From Raillietiella orientalis (lineage: Eukaryota): a DNA stretch of 64,000 bases. Positions 39,351-53,624 of the stretch are shown in pieces. The position numbers and the translations under genes were made by a program. Within the stretch, counting starts at the first letter, position 1. Each line of letters starts with the position of its first letter. The notes below the pieces were generated by a model. That model made no database searches, had not been told where the DNA came from, and saw only the letters and a program-made list of their open reading frames with translations. Where the stretch lies: positions 1,798,001 through 1,862,000 of the forward strand of contig JAYWIR010000008.1 in the NCBI GenBank assembly GCA_036172245.1, in the 5' to 3' direction.

Positions 39351-39589
39351 GAATAGCTTCCTTAAAAAAAAAAAAAAGGCTCATCGAGATGAAGGCGTCC
39401 CTTGCCCACCTGGTCACCTTACTCTTATCCTCGATCTGACCCGAGCGTTTCTTTCTCTAAAAACTCGGGAATACAGAAACTCGAGAGACGGGTTGTCTGT
39501 GGAAACAAACGAAAGGCCGCAAGGAGGAGCGACAGACACACAAGTCGGACAAGCAGAGATTCTGGAATGAAAGGGAGAAAACAATAAAT

Positions 39590-40150
39590 AAAAAAAGGAT
39601 AGGGAAGGAAGAGACTTTGGTAGAGACCGTTCTTCTATACAGTCTTCCCGAGATATGGGCTCCATCCCTGGAGGCTTCTTGGGTCAACTGGGTCCACCTC
39701 GCTGCAATCCTCACGAAGGCAGTTGCTAGGCCAGCGACTTCCCGTTGCTTCGAGAGTGGTTCCAGGACTCGGGAGGCCAAGATGGCGCGCGCACGCAACC
39801 CTCGAACGTTGAGATCACCTCGCTACAGGAAAGGCCGTCGCGTGCGAAGATGCGTCTCTCGTGTGTCCTCCGGATGTGGCAGCACTGAAGCTAGTCTTCG
39901 CCACCGATCCTGGAGGGCACCGCAGTCTGGAAACAGGTTTCGTTCCTCGTTGATTGCTGGGGCGTTCAATGGCGTCAGGAAACTGCTCTCTGGAGGTTCT
40001 CCCTGCCATTCTCTCGACATCCAGAGAGGGGTGACCTCGCATCGTAGGTCAGCAGGCCTGAACATTCCTGACTTGCTTGTCGAGTAGACAGCTGCTGCAG
40101 ACTACCAGCGTTTGCAAATGATAGAAAACACAACCGGCCTTCCGGACAGG
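39590..40150 (-). mobile_element. L1/Tx1-type LINE 3' fragment
   Basis: RNLFPDCGALQDRWRRLASVL (zf-RVT end), LRARAILASRVL...RIAARWTQL. Confidence 0.75.
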
Positions 40151-41299
40151 AAGCGTTTTTGAAAAGCAATCTGCAAGCTCAATTCCACAGCAGAAAAAAC
40201 CTGGAACATGCTGTTCTTTCCCGCCCAAGAGTGCCTCCCCCCCCTTTAGTGGGTTTTCTTTTAGCCCCTATGTTTTTGCTCAGCTTTCTGTCTTGTTTTT
40301 CCATTGTTCTTGCTGCTCTTTAGGTGCCAAACTCTCGGACTGGTTGACGGCTTTTTTTCTGGGAAGAAATGCGGAACTTCACGTCAACACCAAGGAAAAG
40401 ACTTTCCGGTGCTCAGAAGATGCAAAGAAACAGCGAGCTTCTCGCAAGTCCCCATATCAATAAACACTCACTCCAGCCCTGGCAGTCCTCATCGTGCAGC
40501 CATAAGAGTATGCCTGTAAGAGAGTTTTGCTTCCAGAGGGCATCACCGATAGCCAGTGGCCAGTAGATTCGAATCCATACTCGACTTATTGGAATGGGAA
40601 AGGCAACTTACGGGTGGGTTGCGCTACGGATTTGAGCTGCTGGATATTCTTGCGACGTCACGTTCCGGAACGCCTCCAGCGTGTATTCCGCAAGCTTCTT
40701 TCGCCATCCTCACGGACCAGGTAGGATTTTTCGGAAGGAGAGCCTTGCTAGGTCGCTGCTTTTCTCTAGGGATATCCGCCCTTAAACACGTGACGTCAGC
40801 GAACCTACACCCTCTTGGCGAACGGTCCGGGACATCCCTTCACAGCAATGACAGTCCACAGCGGATATTGGAAAGAGGGCCAGATCTGCACTTCCTTCGC
40901 TCGCATCCATGCAAAGTGTTCCTGGCAAATGCTGGGCTCTTTATCAAAGTCGTTAGAGTTTCCGGAACTTTCGCGATTCCAGCTGCGGTGCCCTACTGCA
41001 CAGTGCGAGGCATGTAACTGGGAAGCTCCACGGTGCTGCTCTCTGTGTCAGTGAGCAGAAGCTGTGTCAAATAACTTGGAAGGACTCTACGTCTCCCAAA
41101 TTCTCCCCGTGGCCGATCAGTAGCACTTTCCCGGAGCACGCTTGGGACTGCCTGACGTTCCAGGATATAGTGCTGTCGCCTCTGCCAGGAAACGAGCTTC
41201 ATGAAACGAGAAAGGGAGATCTCGAAGATAAGGGGGAAAAAACAAAAAAAAAATCCAGATAATGTTGAAGCCCGATAAAAAAAGAGGTCTCATCTTTTT

Positions 41300-44250
41300 T
41301 CTTCAATCTGTGTACGGAGTCCCGTTCTTAAAATGTGCCAGGACGTTTTACGAAGCACTGCAAACTCTGCGGTCCAGTGTCCGGTGAGGAAAGATGAGCA
41401 AACAAATACTCTTCGAACTAAAACTGGAGAGGAGTCCTTGACAAACAGTCGAAATTCTTCTGTCCATCCGTTTTCTTCGGTATCACAACGCTGACCTTGC
41501 AAAGCGTAGCAGCCAGCAACTTCGAGTTCAAAATGATCTGCGAAGGATGTTTAAAAAACGGCTCGCAAGATTTGGTGATGGTGCTGGTTAAAATGAAATC
41601 TGTAGGATGGATGCAGGAGTTCCCCGAAATAAGCGTAGAAAAGAATAAAGGGGTTTGAAGCAGCAACCCGTTTGGTGGATGGCTTTATGAGTCCGTCAGG
41701 ATATGAGAAGTGTGCTTGATGCTCAATGCGCCGTAACCTCAAAAATCGCTGTGACTTCGGTCCACAGCCAAATTTCAGTGGAACAAATGGTGCAGGTGAA
41801 ATGCGTCATTTCGCTAACTGAGCGTTGCTAAGGTCCGTTTCCATGTGACGCACTGTGTGCAAAAATGGCAAAACACACAGAAAGGGAGTTGCAAAATATC
41901 GAGAGCGTTTCTTCCTAGCTCGCGAGAGGTCGGTGTGTTGGCTGTGGGGCCAAGAAGCACGGTCTTCGGAATGCTCAGTTCGCGGAGAGCTCAAAAAGGA
42001 TCCAGGCACCGGCAGAACTGGGAAGTTTCTGGCTGCCGTGCCATCACAAGGATCTTCTCGAAATGAGAATTTCGAGTTCCACTTGAGAAATTTGCGAAAA
42101 TATGAAAAATGGATCATCGGAAACTGGCAAGATGGGAATTCGCATTCATTGCCATTTCCCAGTTTTGTTCTGCTCGCCCTTTCAGATGGAGTAAGGGTGC
42201 ATACGTAATGCTTGTTGAGGGACCGCGGATTGCAGGGACCATTCCTGTTGAGATCGTCATTTGAAAGCACTGTGACGCACCCCTGATGACTCATTGCTAA
42301 TGCATTCCAATAAACAGGGCGAAATTCATTCCAATGCCCTTCTTGCAGCTGCTGCCCCTCACATTTTCGAATGCCTCTTCCGCCGTCCGTCCCGGTCCGA
42401 TCTGGCTGCTAGCAGACGGTAAATCTGTCTTTATGAATTTGCTGTTTCCTTGAATCCGTGGAGGGCAAATTGCTCTCCGTGTTTGCCTTAGAAGAAGAGA
42501 ACTCCCTCCGTCCTCCAACCACGCTGAGGACCAGGAGTGGATTCAAGATAGCCTTCCGCGGAACTGTGATCAACTCGCCGGAAGATCAGGCGGCAGAAGA
42601 TGAGATCTATCGAGACGTCTCGCAGGTGTTACTAACTTGACATCAGGTTCAGCAGTAGACGCACCAAGTGCTGGGAAAACGCGACCAAATGTCGTTACTG
42701 CTTGAAAATGCCTACAGGGAAAAGTGATGTTTGAGACCGACTTGCTCTGGGACGTTCATCAGCTTGCAATGTGATGCAACCAGACAGTAAACAAATTTCT
42801 TCATCTCTAGAGTGAAATGGGTAACTGAAGTTGTCCTCAAGGAAAAACAATTAGGAACCTCTTTGCTGACTTTTGCGATGAATGACTCTTGTAACTGAGC
42901 TTGGCAAGCAAATTCCTTTACGTCATCACACAGTATCCATCTGAAGATTTGGCTGCAGGGAACATTGGACCATTGCTTCTCCTGGCACTGCATAATCCGG
43001 AAGGTATATTGACTTAGGGAGGAGATCAGACCCTGGGCGAACTCGTGTCTGGACGAAAAGGGATGCCCTCTGGCGCAAGGAGCTGGCAGAGTTACGAAAC
43101 TTTTCGAAGGGATGTCGGAGAAGGGAAAGGGGATTTCAGAACTCGGTCCATGCGCACGCCCATGTCGTAGGACAGGATCATGGCACCGTTCGGAGAGCCC
43201 TGAGGCTTTGCCTGAGAGGTTAGAACTGCTATGGCACTGCAGTAAGTAGGGGAGCACAAATGCACATCAGGAATACGACGCGGTCATATTGCAACGCGGA
43301 CATAAGGAGTACCTCAGCAGGTCACTGGAACTGCTTTCGTCAATCTGATACGATATTCTGATGCCGAAGAAAGACGCCCGTACGTGGTTTGAAGAAACTC
43401 TGGATGTAGAAGTACACCGTGGAAGGTCATTGACCTTTTCCAAGACTCAAGTTTGAGGATTCCGTAATGCTGCTGCAATAGTCCATCCAATCAAACCAAT
43501 GTTTATTTTCTGAAGAATTTTCTCTTGTTTGAGCAAGGAGTCATTCTATAATTGAGTAAGCAGTTAACTCTAGGTTTTATCCATATAGGAGATACAGATG
43601 GTGTTTTGCCTTTGGAGTAGCAGAAGAAATGGCTTCGCAAAAATGAGTGTAGAAACTCTGCGATAATTGTAAAGGGATTTCGTCTGATGGCAGTTCTCCC
43701 AGGAAACCGCAGAAGCAACAGAACGATTCAGACGGAGAATTTTATGAAGATGATGTTTTCCGGATAATTCGAAATTCGAAAGATTCACTCTGAAGATTGT
43801 GGAAGTCTTCAGAGGGGGTGCTCTGTCTCCTTTATGCTTCTTCTTATCTTATTTTCGAGCTCCCTATGCGAAGGCAAATCCCAAAATGGAGATCGATCGT
43901 GAGAGAAATTCAGGATCTTTGGAGACTCTTCGAATGGGTTATTCGTAGGCAAAAGGGGCTGACTTTCGATTTTTCAATACCTCTGTAAAGTGGGCGCTCT
44001 CCTGGCAGGAAATGGCAGGTTTGAGTGATTTGCCTTCAGCTCCGAATCGGCGAACCTGGAGAAGTCATGATCCTCATCCCTCGAGCCAAGTCGGATGTGG
44101 CATTCACCACTTGCGTCCCGTGCTCTCGGAAATGTTCCTGTTTTCCTCACCACGCCAAGATGAATGGACAGTGCCACTGAATGCAGAGGAGACAGAGAGC
44201 ATCATCCAGATGTAAATTGCGGGCACCATGAGTCAACCTCTCTCTTGACT
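41300..44250 (+). pseudogene. Decayed PLS-class PPR gene
   Basis: MICEGCLKNGSQDLVMVLVKMKSVG, VTKLFEGMSEK, SLELLSSI*YDILMP, EATERFRRRIL*R*CFPDNSKF, DLWRLFEWV, KSDVAFTTCVPCS; A14 at 44389-44402. Confidence 0.65.
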
Positions 44251-45499
44251 GTTGAGTAGCGATGATCATTAAGTGAGTCAACACCTCTCGAGCATTTCTA
44301 GGCCTTCGATTTCCATGCAACTCAATATTTTATCCTTTTGTATTCTTATCTGTCTCTGTCTCTTCCCCCACGTGAAATTCATCCACAGAAAAAAAAAAAA
44401 AAGGGTGGGAGGGGGGAAGGGGTTTGTTGCCTGTGAGTTCCAGACTGAAGTCGAGAATTCTTCGCGCGCTCTTGATGCTTCTTCTTCCAATCAGTATGAC
44501 CAACCTAGCTGATGCCTGAAGTTCTTCCCAAGACTGTCGCCCCATCTTCCAGAATCGTTTCATTTTCTAATCCAGCTTATTCCTATTCGTTACACTAACA
44601 AGTTGCCCACAGCTGTTAAATAGCAAGCTCGGAATAAACTGAGCAACCTGCCACGTCGTCTTGTTGCTATCGTTTCTATCCCTACTGTCGTTCCCTTCCA
44701 TAACCCATTTATCCCCTCCAGAGGGCCTTCGATCTCATTTAATTTCTCTATTTATGGGAATGTTAATTTAGAGAATCGGAAAAGACGTATTCCTCGCAGC
44801 AGTTCTTCTCCGAAAGGTCGTCTGCATTGCTTCTTTATCGAGCGTTTGATAGATAGTTTATTCCAAGATGATCCATAAAAGAAACGCACACGCACGCACG
44901 CACGCACGGCCAAATTAGTGAGCAAGAAGTAGCACAACGTGTCTTCTGTGTGTAGCCAAAGATGTGGCCAGAAACATTGAAGGAATCCAAATTTTCTATT
45001 GGATGTGGCACTTTGAGAAGTGCAGCGCGCCCAGAGCTTTATCATAGTGGGGAAAAAAAGGACACACACACATACACACACAAAGCCCCGTTTCCCCGGG
45101 AAATCATCAAATACGGGAAGCAGGCTGGAAGCGGAGAGTTCAAGAAGCTCTCTGAGAACCGAGGCAGCAAGAGTGGCACAGCAAATAGATGGCACCGTGT
45201 CGAACAAAAAACGCTGACACGAGTCAGTTAACGAAGTGTGAACTTCTGGTACTGTTCGCCTGGAAGATGTACACGATAAACCGAGGAAGCCAGTTCACAG
45301 TTGTTTTCTATTGTTTTCATTTACAGTTTTAGATAACATGTGACGGGGAGGCTCTTGAAATTCTTCCGGAACTCCTCCTATGTTCATCTGGAGCGCTCGT
45401 CGCTCCTCAGCATGTCGCTTCCTCGTCTTCCTGTTCGCCGTTTCGCAAGAGCGGACCGCTGGGATTCTCCTGCTGCATCTGTTTGTCGATCCTTCGTGT

Positions 45500-46910
45500 G
45501 ACATGGGCTGCATAAATGCCACTGGAGTACCGGATGCACGAGGACATCATCCAGTGTTTCATCGACACCAAGTGTTTTTTCGCCCCCCAAAGCTTTGCGT
45601 AGCGCATACTACGCAAAGCCTTGTTGGGCACTGCAAGGTCCCGGATCCGATTCAAAGACTTGGTGGTTCTGCGCCAGGACGCCGGCTTGGGCATCCTGAC
45701 CATCGACAAAATCAACTGCAGGTGCAGTTCCGACTTCTCTCTCTGTGTGGGAAACTGTGGTCCTCGCGCTGGTGTGCTTCGGCGCGTCACATCCCTCAGC
45801 GATGCATTGGCAGCGCAGGACTTCTTTCGCTGCTGCCGCGCAGCCGACACCGGAGGACTGGATTCGGCTACCCCCTGTGGCAGGAGGCAGGAGGCTCTGG
45901 AGTCCTGGGTTACCACTTGGGAAGTGCGCCCAGAGGAACTACGACCGCTGCAGGGTCTCCTACGCGAACCGCTGGGAGATCTTCTGTAGGATTGGACGCA
46001 TTGGTTCCGGATAGCCGTCCCATCCCTTGCTGCCGCACTGCCTGCTCTCAGAGCAAGCAATGACATCAGCCAACCGGCGGGGTGGCAGTTCTCCTACAAA
46101 ATTGCAAGAGTCGAAAAACTCTTGAGCGGCTGGAAAACGAGCGAGTTGGTAAACACCTCCACTCCTCGTTTCAGAGAAACTCAGACTCCTTCGGTGGAGT
46201 GATCTGCTTGGTGTGCTCCCCGAAGAACTCGTGGTCCCCCCCGCTGCGATGGAAACAGGACGCCCTGCTGCTTCTGCACAGGGCATTCCAGTGCAATCAG
46301 CTCGAACGTCTGGTTTCTGAGGGAGCTGCTTCCCCCGAACGGTTCGAAGTGCAGGGCGATGGAATCGTTCCCGCACATCCTTTTCGACTGCAGTACCCTG
46401 GAGGGCGATGGATTCGCTCCCTGCATTCGCCTGGAGGACTTGCGGTGGAGACTCGCTTCGGAGCTTCGTCAACTGCAGGACACCGCTTTGGACTTGCTGC
46501 GACGCTTCTTCACCGAAGACGGGCTGAAGAAGGGTGCAACGATATGTTGCATCCGCGCCATGGTGACAGCCCGCTATGTGTTGGGGTCGGGCTCGCGGCG
46601 AAAAGAGGCCACCAGCACGGCAGCAGCCCTCACGAGGGAAGCAGCAAGGTGGCCTCACTTGCCAGAAGATCGACACCATTCCCAGCAGCTTCTGAAAATT
46701 AAGGAATGTTAGATACGAAGGACTCCTACCTCTACACTCCGGTCTTTTTTGATTAATTTATTGTCCCCTCCTTCCGTTCCCCACTTTTTGGAAGCCGGCC
46801 TGCGTGCCGGTGGTTATCCCGGGTGAACTTTTTTTGTGACGTTTCGTATGTCTGAGGGCATACCCTTCTTCCCCTCCTCCTTGTAGTTTGTTTTGTTCTT
46901 GTTTCAAAAT
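45500..46910 (+). mobile_element. L1/Tx1-type LINE 3' fragment
   Basis: RQDAGLGI (EGGLGI), SKCRAMESFPHILFDC (zf-RVT), ATICCIRAMVTARY, REAARWPHL, followed by a T-rich 3' UTR. Confidence 0.85.
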
Positions 46911-48249
46911 GAAAGTCCCGGAGTAACCGGGTTCAAACAACGTCCCGAATTGCTTTTTTGGAATTCCAAGGTCCTGCAGCACTTCCTCGTTTCCTGCATC
47001 CCAGTTTCCCAGAGAGCCAACGATGGAAGCATGCAGCCTGCAATGCTTCCTTTCCTTGCCTAGGTGGAGGGCTACTTCCTAGTATTTTTCCTGTTTTCTC
47101 TTCCTAGCAGGGCTGAACGCCTCTCCCTCACCCTCGTACGGAGCCGAAGAAATCACTTCGTTCATTCTATGTCTTCCAGCTCGAGCATTCCTCCGTTCCT
47201 TGCAGTTTGTCGTCATGACCGCCATCATGTCCCCGTGAATCCTCTCCCCAAAGCTTAGAAAGGGATTCCTTTCCTTTATGGTGCGGTGCAAAAAAACCTT
47301 TGCCCAGGGTCATATCAATTCTGTGATTTCCTAAGAAAAGACTGACTTGAAAAGATAACTTGGGTCTGTTAGCTTTTTCCGTTCTTATGAGATGCTATTT
47401 CCCGTAAAAGATGCAGCCTCTTCATGGCAGAGTGCACATCGTTCTGCGCTCAGTCGCTCTCCGTATCACGACTTCTGTTGGTGAAGATTGATGAAGGGCA
47501 TCAAAGGGGAATTCACCTCGTTTTCTGTTGATCTTGGTGTCATTCTGATCCGTGTTTGTTGGTAGACTCAAAACTAGATCGAAAAAAAAAAAAAAAAAAA
47601 GGAAGAGGGCGAGGCATTTATGCATGGCATTTGTGCTTTGACCTGTTCCTTTGCATTTCGTTTTATTTCTTTGGCCTCCTGCATGTTTATATCCGTTTCT
47701 GCCCTTCGCCTTCCCTTCGGACTGGAAAGCCATGTTTCAATTTCTCTGCTCCATTCGTGCTACATTCTCCTTTATGCTCGCATCTCTAGATTGGTTTCTT
47801 CTGAGCGGTGCCCTCGGAAACTCACTGCAAGAGCACCACATTTTCCGAGTGGAGATTTTCCCGGAAGCACCGACTTCAGGAAGTGCAGCTGAGTGCGATC
47901 AAAGGAGCAGCCTCAACCCCAAAACTCGCTCAGATCCCTCCATCCTTCCGCGACATGTTCAAAATGGCGCGCTTTTATTGAAAATTCGGGGGAAGGAGCA
48001 CGCAAAGTGGGTACGAATGCAAATAGCGGGAAATCGCCGTTGTTCCTGCGCGATAGGGGTCACGTAAGGCAGTGAGTGATGCGGACGTCCTGCAAAGGCA
48101 TCGAGCCGCTCGCCTCTCGATTCCTGACGTCACGAAAGGATAAATAAATTGATGAGTTAAGCGCCGCACGAATTGTGTGCATGGTCAAGTCTTTCGAACA
48201 CACGAAAACGGCATTTCGCTCTCTGAGGAAGAAACTGATAAAAAGGTGA

Positions 48250-51200
48250 ATTCAAGAGGTTCCGAGAGATGCATGCAGCAGCCGAACTGATAACGATCCC
48301 AATGTGCCAGGACTCGAGAAGAAAACTCCGAGCAAAAATGACTGCTTATTTCTTATTCTGCTGTTATCTTGGCTGTGGTATCGTCTGAAGGAAGAGCTCC
48401 GTTGAAATGTCAGGGGAAAAATAGCTTCATCCAACGTGGTGCTCCTACCAAGCTCCTTCCAGTGTAGATGCATCTCAGCAATATGAGCAGCAAGGCGAGG
48501 TAATTGCGACCCCCCATTCCGGTGAATAAATATAGGTCGATCCGTGAATTCTTCAATGAATTTCGTTAGGCGCAACTTTCACGTGCATATTCGGTGAGGA
48601 GGAAAAGATTGTTTGAGCGATTCTTCTTGGATACCGATTTAAAATTTGCAGGGGTATTCGCATCATCTGTTTTAGTGACTGCTGGCATATCACATCAGTT
48701 GGCGATGAATTCTTACCATCATTCTTTTAACAGTGCCTGTGATGAATGACTGCTGTGGATCATTTCAGATTATTTGGAGTTGAAGCACGCCATTCATCAT
48801 GAGTATGAGTCCAGGGCTTGAGGACGTGCAAACAAACGCACTGAAATCGGGATCTGTGTAGGTTACACTTGAGGGCAGATGAGCGAAGTGAAAATGACGC
48901 CCCAGATATACGGCCGCATCGTCTGAAAAATTATGATTTCCGTGATCGGAAAATGTTTTCCTGCGCCATTTTGATGGACATTTCCAACAGTCGTTATAAA
49001 TCTGAAATCATGGGCGTGCTCAGCTGCACATGGCAACCTACGCTGGTACTCTGTGTCCACCAAGAAAACAAGGAAGCATCTGGGAGAATCCAGAACAAAC
49101 CCACATCTCCGAAATATCCACACGCAGTCATCTGAACCGGTGTTTCTTATTCATAATGTTATTCTCTTCCTCACGGTTGTGATGGTGATGTTCACATCGC
49201 GGCACAAAGCATCGGCATTCAATGGTTCTGGTTACTTCACCCGTGGTTCACATATTGCATCTCCGGCACTCTGTCCGGTTTTGGATATGCCATTTTTAGA
49301 GATAAGACTTGATCCGATCCGGATGGCGAGAGAATTGGTCGCACCCAAAAGACAGCACCATGACACAGTCGGAATTTAGATGTTTTCTGGAGATATCGCG
49401 GCCTCTGTGGAAATACGATCTTCAAATGGGCCTCGTAGTTGACCTCAAGAACTCGTCTTTTGCTTGGCCTTCCCACGAAATGTTGGCAGTGGGTCAACCA
49501 CAAACGAGTTAGAGGAATTAGCGTCCGGTGTAATAAAGACGAAATTGAGCCTTTACTTCCGGATTCAACCTTTGGTTCAACCTTCCACTCTTTTCTATAA
49601 AGGGTGACTCGAGATGCTGAAAGGAATTCGGCGATCTTCTCATTTTGAGGCGACCAGACAATTCCATAAATTTGCACACACGAACGTTAATGGATTCAGA
49701 AACTAGTTTAATCTTTGTGTCAGATGTGAGGTTGCATGCATTGGGGAACTGGATGCGAGGAAGTTCCTTTTGGCGACCGAAGATGATTATGCAAATTTTG
49801 CTCTTTTCGAGAGACACGGGAATCCCATCACCGCTGCGAATCAGCTTTCTTTTCCTTTTTTTTTTTTTTTTTTGAAGTCAGCTGTGTATTCCGGAAACTC
49901 TTCCTTTGTTCGTGCCTTTATGCGCGGAATTGGAGAGCATCCGAAGGCAGGAGCAGTTATCTTGAATGGAGCCACACTTCTGCTGAGCTCTCCTACACCG
50001 ATGGCCACCGCCCCGCGACCGTAACTGTGTTCCACTTTTAGAAGGCCGCTTTTCATTCACGCGCTGGCGATCTCGATACCACTTAGTGTGAGATTCAATT
50101 TTAGAGAACACAGAGTATTCATATCTCATGAGAAATAGACATCTCAACGACAGCCTCCGTTCATGTGGAGGCGAAATTCCTCTTTCAAAACGTTAAGCAT
50201 TTTGCATCTATTGCAGTGACTGGAGCTACACTCTTTGGGCGGGATGACGTTTCTATGGGAATGTGAACTTCATGATGTCTCTATCGCGAAGTTTGTTTCC
50301 ACTCTTCGCCGCCGGCTTCTATCGCCCACGTTGGTTTGAGCGGACCAGATGAATCCCGCATCTCTCAGCGACCGTATTCTCATTTGTAAAGAACCAGGGA
50401 AACCAGACACGAAATTTTTGCTAGAGTCCGTATGGAGGATATCATGAGGACGAAGAGCGAAACCGCCCGAGGACTGACATTTCATCATTCCATTAATCCT
50501 GGGATGTGCCAGTGACTGGATCAGACGCGCACGAGATGATGCATCTGGACGATGGTGAACGAGAGCGGTGAACAGGTGAGCAAAACGAAACTCATTGGGG
50601 ACTCCTCGCAGAAAAGGGAGCTTGTCAGAGAACCCTTGCTTTTAGGAAGAATGGATCTTCCGAAGCAAAACCATCAGCTGCAAAGAGCACCATATACATG
50701 CAGCCTTCCTCCAACTCAGCACGCCATCATTCCGAGGGCTGCAGCATGCTAGAAAAACCACCTTTCTCGTGCAAAAAATCGACCAACAGAAAAAAGAACT
50801 GTTCGCCTTTCGAGATTTCTGTTCGACACAACCCCACCCACGCTGCATAATTCCTCACCGTGAGATCAGTTTTCCTCTGCTGCTCGGATTGTTTCCGAAG
50901 GGGCATCCTAGCACCCTGACTGATTTGTGCAGCTCCTAAACGAGCCGACACCTTCATTTCTCCAAATTCGCAATAAGCCATCATCCTGAGCTCATCTTAA
51001 TCCATCCGTAGCCAATACATGCGTTTTGTCAACACATTCTACCAGATCCCTCCAACGTCCCCTGATTTTTTGCTCGGTTTCTTTGGCGACTGAGAGCTAC
51101 TCTTCGAGGCGAGAGCTGTTAAAGATTGTGCTCTTTCTCAAGTATTATGGCTTTTCCACTCCAAAGATGGCGTTCACAGCTCCTGCTTCGCCTTAGGTAC

Positions 51201-53380
51201 CTTGACTTACTCTCAGAGAGCTCCGATAGAGCACTTCATCGACTTCTTCCCGGCGAGATCGTAAAAGCAAGCCTTTTAGAAAGAGAAGGTGCACGTGGTA
51301 GTTGAGATCCGCAAGCAGTTTCTTGCGTCGGTTGAAAACAAGGCGGACCAGCTTGCTCCAAGACAAAGCCCGCTGGATTCTGGGACCTTCACATCAACTT
51401 TCAAATCCTCTGTGGGGAGCTCTCGGAACTGCTGTTTGCCTCGATAAGGGTTCGCCTCAAAATTTCAGAATCCCTCTACATGGGTGCCGGGAGCTCGAGT
51501 GCCCGTGGTTTCCTTCTCTCAAGGAACCCTTCCCTTCACACTTTCGTCGTTGTCACACGCTGCCTGATCGTGTCGCCCTAGCGTTGACGCCCTTGCTGTT
51601 CTATCGGCGGGTCTTTCATGCCACACAGCTTGCACTGTGAAAAGAAATTCTCTTTCCACAAGAAATGAATCGGACCTGTCCGTTTCTCAAAGCCTGATAA
51701 ATAGCTATTCATCGCAGATCTCGCAAAATCACCCTTAATCGAATGGATCCTTTTTGCCTCAGACAGCAGCTTCAAATCTCTGACCAAAAAACTTGATATC
51801 GGAGGCACGCTAGCGTTCCATTTGTTGTCATTGATTGTGATGATGGCTGAAGATTGCGCTCAGAATCTATAGCACGCGATGATTGCCCTTCGCAGGATGC
51901 GAAGGTTTTCAGCGATTCTCATTGATCCAAGATGTAGCCGTTATCTCGAAGCAAAGAGCGCACCAATCATCTCGTACCTACCCTTCCTCGGCAGCATTCT
52001 AGCTGACCAGCCTTCTGTTCCCGTATCCTAAGAATCCTGAAATTTGAAAGCCTGACCAATCATCTGACAAATCGCCAAAGTTCCAGCGACTTGAAATAGA
52101 AGTATCATATTTGTTGAACAGTGCTTTGTCTCCACGAAATGGGGACCAGCTTCCAGCTGCAGAGTCTCACTCCCAGCTATTTGCAATGGAGTCAGAATTC
52201 TGCTGAGCTCCTACATGTATTGCCACTGCTCTGCAGCCGTTACTGTGCTCCCCTCAGCCCTCCTTCCTTGCGATGCTCCATGAGGAACGGATGCGAGCGA
52301 CAAGGTCTCTCTGATAAGGTCTTTTTTCTGTGAGGCGCCTCCAATGAGCTTTGATCACCTATTTATCACTATGATTCAGCATTGTCCCGATGCGCAGATG
52401 ACTTCGGTGGCAAGTTCCATCGGACGCTATGGCGACCGAGATTCTTGTGCTAACAGTAAATAAAAGAGAGTCTTTGCTACTTCGTTTGCATTTGGAAGTC
52501 AGCACGTGTGATCTGTTGACAACTGGCTGATGCCTCACGTTCTTCTTTATTGGCTCTCAAACGAAGTGTTGATTCATAATTTTGCTTACCTCCTTTTCTC
52601 ATCATCTCCGTAACCTCACCCAATAATGAAGCTCACTCAACGGGTCCACTTTGGTGCAGTTGGATGCCTAAAAAGGTTCTGCTGGAGTTCCATCTGATTT
52701 CCTCAATGCTGCATGTAGCATTCACTCTTCCTCGCATAGATTTCCTGGCTCGATGATGAGTGCATTCAACCATCTATTCATGCTCTTGATATTTCCTCAG
52801 GATTCCTCAGGACTGCATCCAGAGCCTGAGTTCTCTCATGTGACTCCAGCAGAAGGAAAGAGACAAGAGATGCACTTTCTCGCTTGACCTCTTTCGTAGT
52901 GAGCTGGCTCGAATCATCTTATTGAGTCACCTTTGGTACCGGAGAAGGCAGAATCTGAAGAGAACATGTCTTGGAGCAGTCTGTTCATCGCGCGCGTCGA
53001 AAGACAAGTACCTTCTGTTGACCTTTCCTATAAAACCCAAGGGTTCCCCCGATACACCACCCTTATCTCCAGGATGTGATTCCTTAGCTTCCCGGAAAGA
53101 TCGGTTGTCTCCATTTCCCTTTGCGAACGTTAATGAACAACAAGAAGGACGCGAAAATGACTAGAAACTCCCCCTCCCTGTCACTCGAGATGCGGTGCCT
53201 TCAGTATGAAACCAGAGACGATAAAGAGGAAGGAGAAGACTCTGCAGCAACATTTTTGATCGTCAGAGGAATGAAATTCCTCTTGAAGACTTTCCGACGA
53301 AGAGTATTCTGGAGCTGTTCTCCGCCGCTCAGTCTTTCAGATTCAGTACTTTGCTCCAGAGAGTGGCACATGCTACCCGT
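48250..53380 (-). pseudogene. One or two decayed PLS-class PPR genes (possible boundary at T18, 49856-49873)
   Basis: NGDNRSFREAKESH (cf. CGxxRSLxEGKxIH), ALFNKYDTSISSRWN, KWNAS, AMNSYLSGFEK, MMAYCEFGEM, DALCRD, IIFQTM...VIFTSLI. Confidence 0.65.
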
Positions 53381-53624
53381 GCGGCTGTTCCCTGTGCCTC
53401 AAAACAGAATGCCCTAACATCCTTCATCCTGCTTGTTTCGTGAAGGTTCCGATGCGTCAACCGAACGATGAATTCGAGAAGAAGGAATCGAGGTTCCCAA
53501 ATCCAGCTTCTCTTGATTCACTTGCATTTACGACAAACCATGTAAACCGGAGAGGAGAAAGAGAGGAGAATGCAGGTATGCATGCATGTATGCAGGAGAT
53601 GAGAAAGAGGATAATCGGGTGGTC

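Noticed and set aside
40300..41200. Possible additional LINE fragment
   Set aside because: Only vague Cys-containing remnants; strand and family could not be fixed.
24468..46702. Longest ORF-track entries (24468-25268, 30050-30781, 45380-46063, 45960-46679, 46082-46702) as real genes
   Set aside because: They are chance or antisense frames through LINE and PPR relics; homologous motifs jump between frames.
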